Source: Candidatus Altiarchaeota archaeon | GTDB lineage: Archaea; Altiarchaeota; Altiarchaeia; IMC4; SCGC-AAA252-I15 | DNA: 64,000 nt | Assembly: GCA_043800705.1 (NCBI GenBank) | Contig: JAZDMS010000023.1 | Coordinates: forward strand, 65,584 to 129,583 | Reading direction: 5' to 3' | In this document: positions 29,607-39,785 of the stretch, in pieces | How positions within the stretch are numbered: position 1 is the stretch's first letter | Layout of the letters: each line of letters opens with the position of its first letter | Program-made: the position numbers and the translations under genes | The notes under the pieces: generated by a model | The model's input: the letters and a program-made list of their open reading frames with translations, nothing else | What the model was told of the DNA's origin: nothing | Databases searched by the model: none

Positions 29607-30752
29607 CTACAGGCTCTTGAGGCCTATGTCCCCTCCCCGTTGCTCTCCGTGGCTGACTTTGTCCTCCAGGGCCTCCTCGTACCCCGGCACGCTGACGCCG
29701 GATAGTATCAGGAGGGTCTTTATGACGTTCCTGTCGAGGTTGTCCTCAATCTGGGCTCCCCAGATTATCTCGGCTTCGGGGCTAATCCTCTCCGAGACGA
29801 CCCTCACTATCTCTTCCGCCTCTTCGAGTGTCATGTCCCTGGAGCCGATGATGTTGATGAGGGCGCCTGTGGCGTTGCTTATGTCGGTGTCAAGAAGCGG
29901 CGACGTTAGCGCCTTTTCCACGGACTCCCTTGAGCGCTGCTCCATCGGTGTGTCCTTCGCCGAGGATCCGAGGCCTATCATCGCCGTGCCGCCGTCCTTC
30001 ATGATGGCGCGGACGTCCGCGAAGTCCAGGTTGACTAGCCCCGGCTTCGTAACCATCTCGGTGATTCCCTTGACGCTGTTGGAAAGGAGCTCGTCCGCGA
30101 CCTTGAACGCGGCATTAAGCGGCAGGTTAGGGGCGATGTCCAAAAGCCTGTCGTTGGGGATGACTATTACTGTATCAGCGTATTTTCTGAGCTTCTTCAG
30201 CCCTCTCAGGGCGTTTTCGGCCCTGACGCGGCCTTCGACGCTGAACGGCAGCGTGACGATGGCGATCGTGAGCGCCTGCAGCTCCTTCGCGACTTCCGCG
30301 ACGACCGGCGCGCTTCCGGTCCCGGTTCCGCCGCCGAGGCCGCATGTTATGAATACTAGGTCTGCGCCTTGGAGGGCCCCGGATATTTTGTCCACGTCGG
30401 CTTCGGCGCATTGTTCCCCGACTTCGGGGTCGTTTCCTGCCCCTACGCCGCCTGTGACGCTTGTTCCGACGAGTATCTTCGTCCCTGCCTTGGAGTACAA
30501 TAGGTGGAGTGCGTCGGTGTTGAGTGCGATGACTTCGCCGCCTTCGACGCCCATCTCAAGGAGCCTGTCTATGGTGTTGGACCCTGCGCCGCCGCATCCG
30601 ACGACCCTGATCGATGTCTTTATGCCTTCGACGATCCTTCTTAGCTCCTCGTCCGTGTCGGTCGCCTTCCCCGGGTAGCCGGTAGGCTTTACAGCCGCGC
30701 CGCGCGGTCCGGTGCTTGCCTTACTGATAGCTTCCTGTACAATAGCATCCAT
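29607..30752 (-). CDS. ftsZ: Cell division protein FtsZ
   Basis: GCGGAGSN, NTD, GLGGGTGTG, PF..EG..R, VNLDFADV. Confidence 0.97.
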   Translation of the reverse strand: MDAIVQEAISKASTGPRGAAVKPTGYPGKATDTDEELRRIVEGIKTSIRVVGCGGAGSNTIDRLLEMGVEGGEVIALNTDALHLLYSKAGTKILVGTSVTGGVGAGNDPEVGEQCAEADVDKISGALQGADLVFITCGLGGGTGTGSAPVVAEVAKELQALTIAIVTLPFSVEGRVRAENALRGLKKLRKYADTVIVIPNDRLLDIAPNLPLNAAFKVADELLSNSVKGITEMVTKPGLVNLDFADVRAIMKDGGTAMIGLGSSAKDTPMEQRSRESVEKALTSPLLDTDISNATGALINIIGSRDMTLEEAEEIVRVVSERISPEAEIIWGAQIEDNLDRNVIKTLLILSGVSVPGYEEALEDKVSHGEQRGGDIGLKSL

Positions 30753-30922
30753 CCAAATACACCCCACTCATATGCGAAAAATGCAAACTAAATGCTCTAA
30801 ATAAATAGATGGTTCCCCCTTAAAAAGGCCGATTGTGGTAAACTGAAAATATCGATGGCGTGGCTGTTCAATCCTTCGACAGTTGTTGAGAAATCTGTCG
30901 CCCGGCCGGGGGCTGGATATGT

Positions 30923-31124
30923 TCAGAAGCCTTGGTCCGCCATCTTCTTCAGGCGGTCGATGTTGTCCTTCACCTGCTTCTGTATCTTGCCCAGCTCCGC
31001 CGTGTTGGGTTCGGGCTTGAACAGGTGCCTGAACCTGCCCTGCAGCTTCAGGTATTCTTCGACAGGCTTCATCTTCGCGGAGTCGACCGGCATGTTCAGC
31101 TTGTGTTTGCCGTCGATTATCTCG
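30923..31124 (-). pseudogene. Displaced, diverged copy of the last 66 codons of porB
   Basis: Collinear 202-nt match to 32442-32643 with mostly synonymous differences. Confidence 0.9.
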
Positions 31125-31203
31125 GACGCCTGGGGCATGTTATAACCGGGCAATCATATTAATTTATGCGAGTATTCCAGGGCAAAACCGCAACAGCCCT
31201 AAA

Positions 31204-32427
31204 ATGCCCGACAACCGATCACAACTTAAATCAGGAAAAATGATCATAAACTCCGGATATAAAAAAATTCTAAAAATACTGGCAATTGTTGGCATCATCA
31301 TCGCAATAATCGCGCTCGGACTTGTTGCCGATAATATCCGGAACTCGAGCTCCCTTTCCCTCTACGATTTGCCCTCTTTTCTTAAGGAGTCATCAAGGGA
31401 AGCGATCTATGACAAACTCACGAAGAATTCATGGTGCACACCGAAAGGCATTAACTCATATGTTTATTCTTTTAAACCTGATGGCACATATGCGTGGAAT
31501 CAATTTGAGGATTATGTTCCTTCACCAAGCGGCAGCGGTAGATGGAATTTTGAGCAGAATCCGGCGGGCGAATGGTTCTTGCTTTACGACAACGGTCAGC
31601 GCCTTAGATTCACCCTTTACAGGTTCGACAGGCTTATATTGGAGTATGCTAATCTCCGCCCCTGCGACCCCATAACAACCCCTAGAAAGTATGATGCCTC
31701 TTCCCTGCCGCCAGTCCGGTCTCCTAATCAAGACGATAAAAAGCTTGTCGCCAATCGGTGGAAAAGGGCCAATGACATTGATTTGGACTATGAACCGACC
31801 CTTGTCGAATTCAGGGATAATTTTGAATACGTGACAACATACCGGTATGGTGAGTGCCAGAATAGCGGCAGCTGGTATGCAAAGGCAGGTCAGATCAAAG
31901 CCAGTAGCACGACAGACAAATGCGACCCAAGGGATGACATCTACCCTGAAGCGTTTCCCGGTGAATGGTCAGAAGATGGATTCCTCCTGTTAAACAATGA
32001 TGATGACCTGTACGTACCTGAAGATTACCCCTTAATGAAAGGCGTTATTTGGCGGATATTCTCATTTTCTGACATTATGGAAATCAAAGTCGAGTATGAT
32101 ATGCCGATCAGAGCCGGGGTGCCGAATAGATTCGACGTGGAAATGAAAAACGTTGCCAAAAGAGAAGGACCGATGACGATCCGACGGTTCTCCGTCACAA
32201 AGGATTATGGCGATTACCGAAACACCGACGGTTCAATCGCGCAGGTCGATGAAATCGCAGGATTGGATCTAGGCTCAAGAATTCTAAAGCCGAACGAGAC
32301 ATACAATTTTTCCTTGTCCGTAACCTTTGAAAAGCCGGGCAAGCAGCGTATGTACTTATACGCTTTGGTGGATGGTAGGACACAGAAATGGGATTTTAAG
32401 AAGAACTACAACATCAATGTTCTTTAG
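31204..32427 (+). CDS. Secreted or membrane-anchored beta-rich protein (cassette cargo)
   Basis: N-terminal TM; two similar units F..D..Y...SG.W; Ig-like C-terminus; more AT-rich than its neighbours. Confidence 0.75.
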   Translation: MPDNRSQLKSGKMIINSGYKKILKILAIVGIIIAIIALGLVADNIRNSSSLSLYDLPSFLKESSREAIYDKLTKNSWCTPKGINSYVYSFKPDGTYAWNQFEDYVPSPSGSGRWNFEQNPAGEWFLLYDNGQRLRFTLYRFDRLILEYANLRPCDPITTPRKYDASSLPPVRSPNQDDKKLVANRWKRANDIDLDYEPTLVEFRDNFEYVTTYRYGECQNSGSWYAKAGQIKASSTTDKCDPRDDIYPEAFPGEWSEDGFLLLNNDDDLYVPEDYPLMKGVIWRIFSFSDIMEIKVEYDMPIRAGVPNRFDVEMKNVAKREGPMTIRRFSVTKDYGDYRNTDGSIAQVDEIAGLDLGSRILKPNETYNFSLSVTFEKPGKQRMYLYALVDGRTQKWDFKKNYNINVL

Positions 32428-32441
32428 TAGCCCTAAGGCTC

Positions 32442-33357
32442 TTAGAATCCTTTTTCAGAGAGGGCCTTCACCAGGTCTATCTTGTCTTTGACCTCTTTCT
32501 GTATCTTCGCCAGTTCGGCGGTGTTCGGCTCCGGCTTGAACAGGTGCCTGAAGCGGCCTTGCAGCTTCAGGTATTCCTCAACAGGCTTCAATTTTGTCGA
32601 GTCGACGGGCATGTTCAGCTTGTGTTTGCCGTCTATGATCTCGAATAATAGGGTCGCCCCGGTCTCTACGCCGAGCTTTGCGACCTTGATCGTGGCCTCC
32701 GGCTCGATCCTCCATCCCGGGACGCACGGCACTATGACGTTGATGAATGTGGGCCCCTTCGTCTCGAGGGCGGTCTTCACCTTCCTGAGGAAGTCCGTGT
32801 GGTAGCCCACGGACGCGGTCGCCAGGTATGGCGAGCCGTGTGCCGCGATTATGTGCATGAGGTCCTTCTTGTATTCCGTCTTTCCGATGCTGGCCTTCCC
32901 GGACGGAGACGTCGTGGTCGCCGCGCCGTATGGCGTCGCCCCGCTCCTTTGTATGCCGGTGTTCATGTAGGCCTCGTTGTCGGTGCAGACGTATGTGATG
33001 TTGTGCCCCCGCTCGAATGCGCCTGAAAGGCACTGCAGCCCGATGTCGTAGGTTCCCCCGTCCCCCCCCGATGACGAGCACCTTAGTGTCCTCCTTCCCG
33101 AGGACCTTAAGCGCCCTCTCGACGCCGGATGCGACCGCGCTGTTGTTCTCGAACGCGCTGTGCACCCACGGGACCTCCCATGCTGTCTCCGGGTACGGGG
33201 TCGATACGACTTCCATGCAGCCTGTGCAGTGGCAGACTACCGTGTTGGGGCCTGCGACCTTCATCAGAAGCCTCAGGGCCAGCGACTCGCCGCATCCTGC
33301 GCACGCCCTGTGGCCGCGCGCGAAATACTCCTTCTCGTCAAGTCCCAGTATCGCCAT
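32442..33357 (-). CDS. porB: Pyruvate:ferredoxin oxidoreductase beta subunit, frameshifted at a G8 run (33062-33069)
   Basis: [18 protein letters not shown] in one frame; [18 protein letters not shown] in the next; removing one G restores GGDGGT. Confidence 0.9.
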
Positions 33358-33358
33358 T

Positions 33359-34531
33359 TTAAAACATCCACTCCTCTTTGGCTCCCTCGCCCTTGACTGT
33401 CCTGCTGACTATTTTTTCTACGTGGCCGAGTGTCACGTCCCTGCCGCCGAGTCCGACCACGAACGCGCGAAGCTTCGGCCTCTTGTCGCTGTCGTAGAGG
33501 GCTTCGGCGACTTCGGTGTAAAGCGGAGTCCTGGAGCCCGGTGACAGAGCCTTCTCGATTACCGCGACCTTGCTTTTCCCCGCGAGCTTCTTCTTTATCA
33601 GTTCGGCCGGGAACGGCCTGTACGTTACGATCTTGAGGAGCCCTACCTTCACGCCTTTTCCTCGGATGTCGTCGATTTCCTCCTTGATGGTCCCGCAGAC
33701 GGAACCCATCGCGACCAAGACGACGTCCGCGTCGTCCATCCTGTACTCTTCGATGTGGAAGTATTTCTCGGGCCTGGAGTCCTTTATGGAGACCGGGAAC
33801 CTCTTGCTGAAGTCTGCCATGACCTCTTCTATGACGTCCATGGATCCTTCGATGGCCTTGCACAGTTCGCTTCTGAACTCCATGTAGTGCGTCGGGAACC
33901 CGATCGGGCCCTGCGTCAGCGGCTCCTTGGGGTCCAGCACCGCATGCACAGGCTTGTATTTCGGAAGGAATCCGTCGACATGCTCCTTCGACAATATGTC
34001 GACGGGCTCGTATACGTGTGACAGCGTGAATCCGTCCATGCAGACCATAGATGGCAGAAGGACGCGCTTGTCCTCGCTGATCTTGTGCTGCATGATCGTC
34101 ATGTCGTGGGCTTCCTGCGCGGTCTCGACGAACAGCTGGATCCAGCCGGTGTCGCGCTCGGAGAAGCTGTCCTGGTGGTCGTTCCAGATGTTGATCGGCG
34201 CCGAAAGCGCCCTGTTGACCATGGACATGCAGACTGGCAGCCTCATGCCGGATGTGATGAACAGGATCTCGTGCATGAGGGCCAGGCCCTGTGACGATGT
34301 GGACGTGTAGGCCCGCACGCCGGTGGCGGATGCGCCGAGGCATGCGGATATCGCCGCGAACTCGCTCTCTACGCGGATGTACTCCGACTTGATCTCGCCG
34401 TTTGCCACGAAGTCGGAAAGCCTCTCGACGATGTGCGTCTGGGGAGTGATCGGATAAGCCGCTATGACGTCCGGCTCCACGGCCTTCACCGCCTCTGCCA
34501 CCGCGTGGCTCGCCTCCATCACTTCTTTCAT
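33359..34531 (-). CDS. porA: Pyruvate:ferredoxin oxidoreductase alpha subunit
   Basis: [39 protein letters not shown]. Confidence 0.95.
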   Translation of the reverse strand: MKEVMEASHAVAEAVKAVEPDVIAAYPITPQTHIVERLSDFVANGEIKSEYIRVESEFAAISACLGASATGVRAYTSTSSQGLALMHEILFITSGMRLPVCMSMVNRALSAPINIWNDHQDSFSERDTGWIQLFVETAQEAHDMTIMQHKISEDKRVLLPSMVCMDGFTLSHVYEPVDILSKEHVDGFLPKYKPVHAVLDPKEPLTQGPIGFPTHYMEFRSELCKAIEGSMDVIEEVMADFSKRFPVSIKDSRPEKYFHIEEYRMDDADVVLVAMGSVCGTIKEEIDDIRGKGVKVGLLKIVTYRPFPAELIKKKLAGKSKVAVIEKALSPGSRTPLYTEVAEALYDSDKRPKLRAFVVGLGGRDVTLGHVEKIVSRTVKGEGAKEEWMF

Positions 34532-34827
34532 TTTTCCTCAACCACCATCGCTATGCATTTGACGGGGCAGACGTTGGCGCATATCCCGCAGCCTTTGCAG
34601 AAGTCCGCGACAAAATCGAATTTCCCGTCCTTGTCCTTGAATCTCGACGCGTCTGGGCAGTACACCCAGCAGATGCCGCATCCCGTGCATTTGGCATGGT
34701 CTGTTACGGGCTTCATCGCCCTCCATCCGCCGGTCTTCGTCCTCTGGGTGCTGCCGTCGCTCGGCAGCACGCAGCCTGTCGTCAATTCGACCTTCCCGAC
34801 CTTTTTCCTGCCAAAATCGACCGTCAT
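34528..34827 (-). CDS. porD: Pyruvate:ferredoxin oxidoreductase delta subunit (2x[4Fe-4S])
   Basis: [29 protein letters not shown]. Confidence 0.95.
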   Translation of the reverse strand: MTVDFGRKKVGKVELTTGCVLPSDGSTQRTKTGGWRAMKPVTDHAKCTGCGICWVYCPDASRFKDKDGKFDFVADFCKGCGICANVCPVKCIAMVVEEK

Positions 34828-35363
34828 TTTACATTAGATTGATTATAAACCTGCTCTAGGAGCTTCTTGTTCTTCTCGCCGATGCTACCGGAGAAGTGTT
34901 CGTCGACGCCCTTGAAGAGCCCCTCGAGGCTGACAATTCCGGTAAAGCCCGCGAACGCCCCGAGCATGGCCGTATTGACTATGTCCCTGCCCAAGACCTC
35001 GATAGCCAGCTTGCTGACGTCCAACGTCTTCACATTCAGGCCCTTGAGGCCAAGCTGATCAGCCGACTTGTTGGTGTTTACTATGATCAATCCGCCCTTC
35101 TTGAGGCCGGAGGTGACATCGACCGCGCCGAAGAGCGTGGAGTCCAGGACGACGATGATATCCGGCTCATATACCTGGCTCTTCCTGCGGATAAACGAGT
35201 CTGAAATCCTCGTGAACGCCTCGACCGGCGCCCCTCTGCGTTCGACGCCGAACTTCGGGAACGCCTGCGTGTATTTCCCGTCCTTGAAAGCCCCCACGGA
35301 TAAAATCATTGCTGCGGTCACGGCACCCTGCCCGCCGCGCCCGTGGAAGCGAATCTCGGTCAT
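34824..35363 (-). CDS. porG: Pyruvate:ferredoxin oxidoreductase gamma subunit
   Basis: [32 protein letters not shown]. Confidence 0.95.
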   Translation of the reverse strand: MTEIRFHGRGGQGAVTAAMILSVGAFKDGKYTQAFPKFGVERRGAPVEAFTRISDSFIRRKSQVYEPDIIVVLDSTLFGAVDVTSGLKKGGLIIVNTNKSADQLGLKGLNVKTLDVSKLAIEVLGRDIVNTAMLGAFAGFTGIVSLEGLFKGVDEHFSGSIGEKNKKLLEQVYNQSNVK

Positions 35364-35388
35364 GTGGAAAAGCTATATGCGGCCACGG

Positions 35389-35402
35389 TTAAAAAGCTTT
35401 CG
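35389..35402 (-). promoter_or_regulatory. BRE/TATA promoter of the por operon
   Basis: Minus strand reads CGAAAGCTTTTTAA about 26 nt before the ATG, which would give a leaderless transcript. Confidence 0.65.
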
Positions 35403-35474
35403 AAAAACAGTCTCACCCCCAAGGCGACCGCGAAGGAATAATGGATTGTTTACCCATACCTCCAATAATATACC

Positions 35475-35654
35475 ATGAGCACTCAAAAGCAGAGGGAACA
35501 TCCTGGACGTACGAGGCCCGTCAATCTCATAAAAGCGGAGCATGACCGAATCCGCGCAAAGGCCGCAGCGAGCGAAATCCCCCAGCGCATCGCGTTAAAA
35601 GGGTTGACTTACCTGAAAAGGAAAAATAACATAAACCCTGTCAATGCAAAGTAG
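35475..35654 (+). CDS. Possible small protein (59 aa)
   Basis: ATG-TAG ORF filling the intergenic gap; below the ORF-track cutoff. Confidence 0.3.
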   Translation: MSTQKQREHPGRTRPVNLIKAEHDRIRAKAAASEIPQRIALKGLTYLKRKNNINPVNAK

Positions 35655-35697
35655 GGACCTTTTTATACTACCTTTGCATTAATAATAAGTCCTTAAA

Positions 35698-35955
35698 ATG
35701 GAAGCTACTATCATGAACTACCGGCGGGGCCGCAACACCCAGAACACGAGGCAGATGGTCATCCTGCCGGTGGGGAATAAGACGAAGGCCGATGCCGAGA
35801 AGCTAATCGGCAAGACAGTCGAATGGAAGACGGCGACCGGCAAGATCCTCAACGGCAAGGTCAGCAAGCCACACGGCGCCAAGGGCGCAGTCCTCGCCCA
35901 ATTCAGCCCAAGCCTTCCCGGCCAGGCCATCGGCACAAAGGCGAAGATAGTCTGA
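35698..35955 (+). CDS. rpl35ae: 50S ribosomal protein L35Ae (eL33)
   Basis: NYRRG..TQ, LIGK.V.W, G.V...HG..GAV.A.F...LPGQAIG. Confidence 0.93.
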   Translation: MEATIMNYRRGRNTQNTRQMVILPVGNKTKADAEKLIGKTVEWKTATGKILNGKVSKPHGAKGAVLAQFSPSLPGQAIGTKAKIV

Positions 35956-35959
35956 AAGA

Positions 35960-36835
35960 CTAACGCGGCTTTTTTATCGTCTCCTTGCTCCTGAAGTGCT
36001 CCATCCTGTCTATCTCAGGAGTCCACTCAAGCCTCACCCTGTCGCCCTCTGAGGGAACGCCACTTCTGGCCCTCACCCTCCCGCCGGCTTCCCTGAATCC
36101 GAAGACCTGCATGAGGAAATCGGTCCTTGCGTCCCCGTGCCGGTCCTCCTCCTCGTATTCCGTTACCAGTCGGGGCTTCTGCCTCAGGTCCTTGAACAGC
36201 CTCCCTGCCTTATCGTTGCAGACCTCGGATATCCTCCTTATCGCAGCTCTCGAGAGCTCGGCCTCGTCCTCCTCGAACCCCTTGAATCCCTCGGGGAGGG
36301 CGATGTTGAAGTCCCATGTGTTCGGGTCGACGCCTTTGCCCTGAAGGAGCTTGACGCTCCCTGAGAAGACCGCAGTGGCTGGGGTATCCTGGGCGCCGGA
36401 AATCGCGAGCGAATCGCCGCCTGCGCCGACGACGTCTGGGAACCTGTTGTAGTCCCTGAATGTGAATGAGTACCTCGGCGACTGCGCATCCTTGTCGCCC
36501 CACTCCCTGACGACCCTCAAAGCCATGCGGCTTCTGCCGAGGCCGAAGACCCACTCCCTCGCGGCAACCCTGCATTCGGCGTCTCTGGTCTCCGTCAGGC
36601 CGAAGTCTTTGAACTCCTGAAGGTCTTCCACTAGGTTCCTTGCCTCGGGCGTGAGTCCGCCGGTCGCGGAATCCCAGATTGAAAGCTGCCTGTCCGCTGG
36701 CCTCTCTGCCGCCGCCTTTGCGGCTCCGAGGGGCATAGGTTCCCCGGTCGCAGGGGGGGTGGGGGGCTTGGGTTGGCCTTCCGCCGCATCGGGCCAAAAA
36801 ACATTCTGCCTGCGTTTTTCACCGCTCTGGGACAT
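35960..36835 (-). CDS. Hypothetical protein
   Basis: 291-aa ORF with host-like codons; no motif recognised. Confidence 0.6.
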   Translation of the reverse strand: MSQSGEKRRQNVFWPDAAEGQPKPPTPPATGEPMPLGAAKAAAERPADRQLSIWDSATGGLTPEARNLVEDLQEFKDFGLTETRDAECRVAAREWVFGLGRSRMALRVVREWGDKDAQSPRYSFTFRDYNRFPDVVGAGGDSLAISGAQDTPATAVFSGSVKLLQGKGVDPNTWDFNIALPEGFKGFEEDEAELSRAAIRRISEVCNDKAGRLFKDLRQKPRLVTEYEEEDRHGDARTDFLMQVFGFREAGGRVRARSGVPSEGDRVRLEWTPEIDRMEHFRSKETIKKPR

Positions 36836-36925
36836 GATATCTCAACATATCCTGGGAAGCAAGGGGATAAATAAGATGTGTCGCTTTTTATTCCGATTAA
36901 CCTACAAATATATCCGAGCAATGAA

Positions 36926-37078
36926 ACAGCATGCCGCTGTAGGTGCGAGACATCCGTCTCGCCTACATCGTCTTCGCTTCGCGAAGCCAATGTAGCTCAG
37001 ACCGGGACGCTCAAAACTGCTGCGCAGTTTTGGCGTATCAAGACGCGTTCGGCGTCTTGAGTAGATCACTCGGCTGAA
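36926..37078 (+). pseudogene. Fragmented copy of the tRNA-Phe leader and 5' half, interrupted by two hairpin inserts
   Basis: 36926-36942 = 37105-37121; 36991-37007 = 37117-37133; 37067-37078 = 37137-37148. Confidence 0.85.
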
Positions 37079-37111
37079 TATAACGGCGAAAAAACATAAA
37101 AAATACAGCAT

Positions 37112-37208
37112 GCCGCTGTAGCTCAGACCGGGAGAGCACTCGGCTGAAGAGGCCTGTATAAGGCACTCCGAAACCGAGGTGTCGCGTGTTCAAATCACGT
37201 CGGCGGCA
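37112..37208 (+). tRNA. tRNA-Phe(GAA) with 23-nt intron at 37/38 (37150-37172)
   Basis: Cloverleaf GCCGCTG/CGGCGGC, anticodon stem CTCGG/CCGAG, relaxed BHB motif. Confidence 0.93.
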
Positions 37209-37260
37209 AGAACCGTTTCATTTTTAGAGAAATTGTGGTTCTCATACCCCCGGGAAAACT

Positions 37261-38202
37261 ATGGCTGACGTTTTGATCAAAGACGGAGTTCTGCATAAGT
37301 TGTGGGTTACATCTGATGAGGTGCATGACTTCGAGCCGATAGTCAAGTATCATGTTAAGGATATTTTTGGTGTTGATTGCGAATACTTCCAAAAACAGAA
37401 ACTAAAGTCCCTTGCAGATAATCGTTCTATCCCGGATGGTTTCGTCATAGATTACAAGAATCAGATGTGGTACATAGTTGAATTAAAGCTACTTTGTGAT
37501 GATGCAGTAAAACGGATTCCGGGCCAGATTATAAGCTATAAAAACGCAGTAAAGAGCATAGGTACAAAGAAGCAGATATATGATTCCATCCGCAGTCAAA
37601 TTTCTAAACCTCCTGCATTCCTTTATGACCTAATTTTCGACAAGAACCCTTCAATTGTGATTATTATAAACAGTCTCGATGGAGAGCTTGGTGAACAATT
37701 CGAAGAAAATGTTAACGGCGCGGATAAAAACGCCAAAATACTTGTTTTCAAGACTTTTGCCCCTGAGTCTACTGATCCGAGAAAGATACACTGCCATGTA
37801 TTTGAACCTATGCACTCAACTAGTCCATTCAAAACAAAAAAGACAACTTCCACAGAACTAGCTTCAACGCCAGAATTAAAGCGTATGAAACGTGGTGAAA
37901 TTACGACACAACTAACATACAGAATGCCCATTCTTGAAACTCTTCTGGAAATGGGTGGAAGGGGTAAAACAAAAGAGGTTCTGGATAGTATCGGTGTTAA
38001 AATGAAGGGTATCCTAAAAGCGGTAGATTACACGAAACAGCCATCCGGCTTTGATATTCGCTGGAGAAACACAGCGGCTTGGGAAAGGCAACAGATGACC
38101 ACTGACGGATTATTAAAATCATCTAAGGAGTCAGGCCGTGGTTTCTGGGAGATTTCCGATACAGGTAGACGATATTACGACGAAAACAAACCTCACAAAT
38201 AA
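37261..38202 (+). CDS. PD-(D/E)xK nuclease-like domain plus Mrr N-terminal-like winged helix (putative restriction/defence protein)
   Basis: IPDG...IVELK; YRMPILETLLEMGG...RWRNTAAWER...GLL...RG.WEISD.G; AT-rich. Confidence 0.75.
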   Translation: MADVLIKDGVLHKLWVTSDEVHDFEPIVKYHVKDIFGVDCEYFQKQKLKSLADNRSIPDGFVIDYKNQMWYIVELKLLCDDAVKRIPGQIISYKNAVKSIGTKKQIYDSIRSQISKPPAFLYDLIFDKNPSIVIIINSLDGELGEQFEENVNGADKNAKILVFKTFAPESTDPRKIHCHVFEPMHSTSPFKTKKTTSTELASTPELKRMKRGEITTQLTYRMPILETLLEMGGRGKTKEVLDSIGVKMKGILKAVDYTKQPSGFDIRWRNTAAWERQQMTTDGLLKSSKESGRGFWEISDTGRRYYDENKPHK

Positions 38203-38332
38203 TCAGGTCTCGGTTTCGTAGTCACCTCAAGTCCTGTACTGTATGTGGCGCTTAAGTCCCTATAACAGTTTCGGGGGAATCAGGGGTAACTTAGACCTGA
38301 GGGGGCGGTAGCCTCCTGCGGTTCGGGTGGAG

Positions 38333-38348
38333 ATCACGTCGGCGGCAA
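38333..38348 (+). repeat. Direct repeat of the tRNA-Phe 3' end (att-like)
   Basis: ATCACGTCGGCGGCAA identical to 37194-37209. Confidence 0.85.
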
Positions 38349-38363
38349 CTATTCTTTTTTCAT

Positions 38364-39614
38364 TTATTTTTTCTTCCTGGGCGTGAACTTGATCTTTATC
38401 ATGTATTGGTTCGTCCTTCCTATCGCCGGCAGTTCGCCCGAGTCCGGTCTGTCTCCTTGGATCATGCTTTCGTCCGGGGCCGCTCTTCCTGTGGTAGGGG
38501 GCATGAGGTGGGGGAATCCTCCGAAGCCGGCCGTGACGGTTATGGGCCTGTCGTCCGGTATCTTTACGCGAACTATCCCCTTCTCTGTGGGGATGTCAAG
38601 GGTGTTTCCGTAGGCGTCGATGGCCGAAAAGTCGGCGCCGGTCGGCTCAAGCCGCTCCAATACCACGAAGTCTCCCTCGGTCCTGATGAGGGCCTGTCTG
38701 CTGGCTACGCCCTCTATGTCGTCGGGGACGGTCAGGTCGACTCCCCTGTAGAAGTCGACTCGTATCTCCCCCTCCCTGATGACAAGATGCTGCATGTTCC
38801 CGATCATGAAGTTCCCGTTTGGGTGTATTATCCGTTCGACTACTTCTTGCGGCAGGGGCTGCTGCAATAATTTTCCCGACGGGGTGCGTCTCTCTTCGAT
38901 GCCTGTCACGTGATGGGTTTGTGCGAGCGTCGGCCTCTTTTTCTGTTCGGGCTCGGCCGCCCTGACTCCCTGCCTCCTTTTGAATTGCAGACTGATGAAG
39001 TTCGGGTGGGCAAGGAGTGCGCCGATCCGTTCATTCGAATCCCCCTGCCTGTCTGCGAAACTGATGACCGATTCGCTCAGGTCTTCCCCGAGGACTGTCT
39101 GGAGCTTTTGGCTGTTGGTGGCTACGTCGTTGCGGCCGTTCTTCTGATACCTGCCAATGGCCAGGACTATTGTGACGTCGCTGTCGCCTATGCTGACTTT
39201 TTTGCCGTCTTTTTCGCAGTATCCGCGCTCGCCTGTCGGCTGCTTCTGGAGGGTGTCTATGCTCTGGCATACTCCGTCCCGGAAGACTATCACCTGGATG
39301 GGTTTGTTCGTCAATGCGTCTATGTCCAGTTGCTGGCCGAGGAGCGAGCATGCGAGGGAGTTCCTTGAGACATATTGGTCCCCTTCCCCGCAGTTTATCC
39401 CCACCGTCCCCGCCGGCAGCCTTCCGCACGTCAAGAGGCCTCCGTCCAGCAGGTGTTGGGCAATGTTCGGCGCCTGTTCGATCGGTTGCGTTCCTCCGTC
39501 TTGGTCCAGCTGTTTGCCTGTGATTGTGAGCCTGTGCGTTTCTTTTACGTACCTTCTCTCCTGCGGGCTGCCTTGGCCAGGATGCATGGATTCCATTGTA
39601 TTATTTACATGCAT
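38364..39614 (-). CDS. Hypothetical protein, possibly with a degenerate FHA-like domain
   Basis: 416-aa ORF; RGVDLTVPD..GVASRQALI weakly resembles FHA. Confidence 0.55.
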   Translation of the reverse strand: MHVNNTMESMHPGQGSPQERRYVKETHRLTITGKQLDQDGGTQPIEQAPNIAQHLLDGGLLTCGRLPAGTVGINCGEGDQYVSRNSLACSLLGQQLDIDALTNKPIQVIVFRDGVCQSIDTLQKQPTGERGYCEKDGKKVSIGDSDVTIVLAIGRYQKNGRNDVATNSQKLQTVLGEDLSESVISFADRQGDSNERIGALLAHPNFISLQFKRRQGVRAAEPEQKKRPTLAQTHHVTGIEERRTPSGKLLQQPLPQEVVERIIHPNGNFMIGNMQHLVIREGEIRVDFYRGVDLTVPDDIEGVASRQALIRTEGDFVVLERLEPTGADFSAIDAYGNTLDIPTEKGIVRVKIPDDRPITVTAGFGGFPHLMPPTTGRAAPDESMIQGDRPDSGELPAIGRTNQYMIKIKFTPRKKK

Positions 39615-39785
39615 TATGGGGAAAAAAGCTGTATGTCAAGTAGAGAAAATGGTGATTGAAGATGTCTCATATGTAATTTTCGTGCGTAGAGTGTTCTTTA
39701 TGTGGATATTTGAATAACAACACCCCATTGCTGACTCCTTTTTGCTTTTTATGACTTATTTCTAATAGTTTATTGCACCGATAGT

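Noticed and set aside
38209-38218. 10-nt inverted match to the tRNA-Phe intron/exon junction
   Set aside because: Too short to distinguish from chance.
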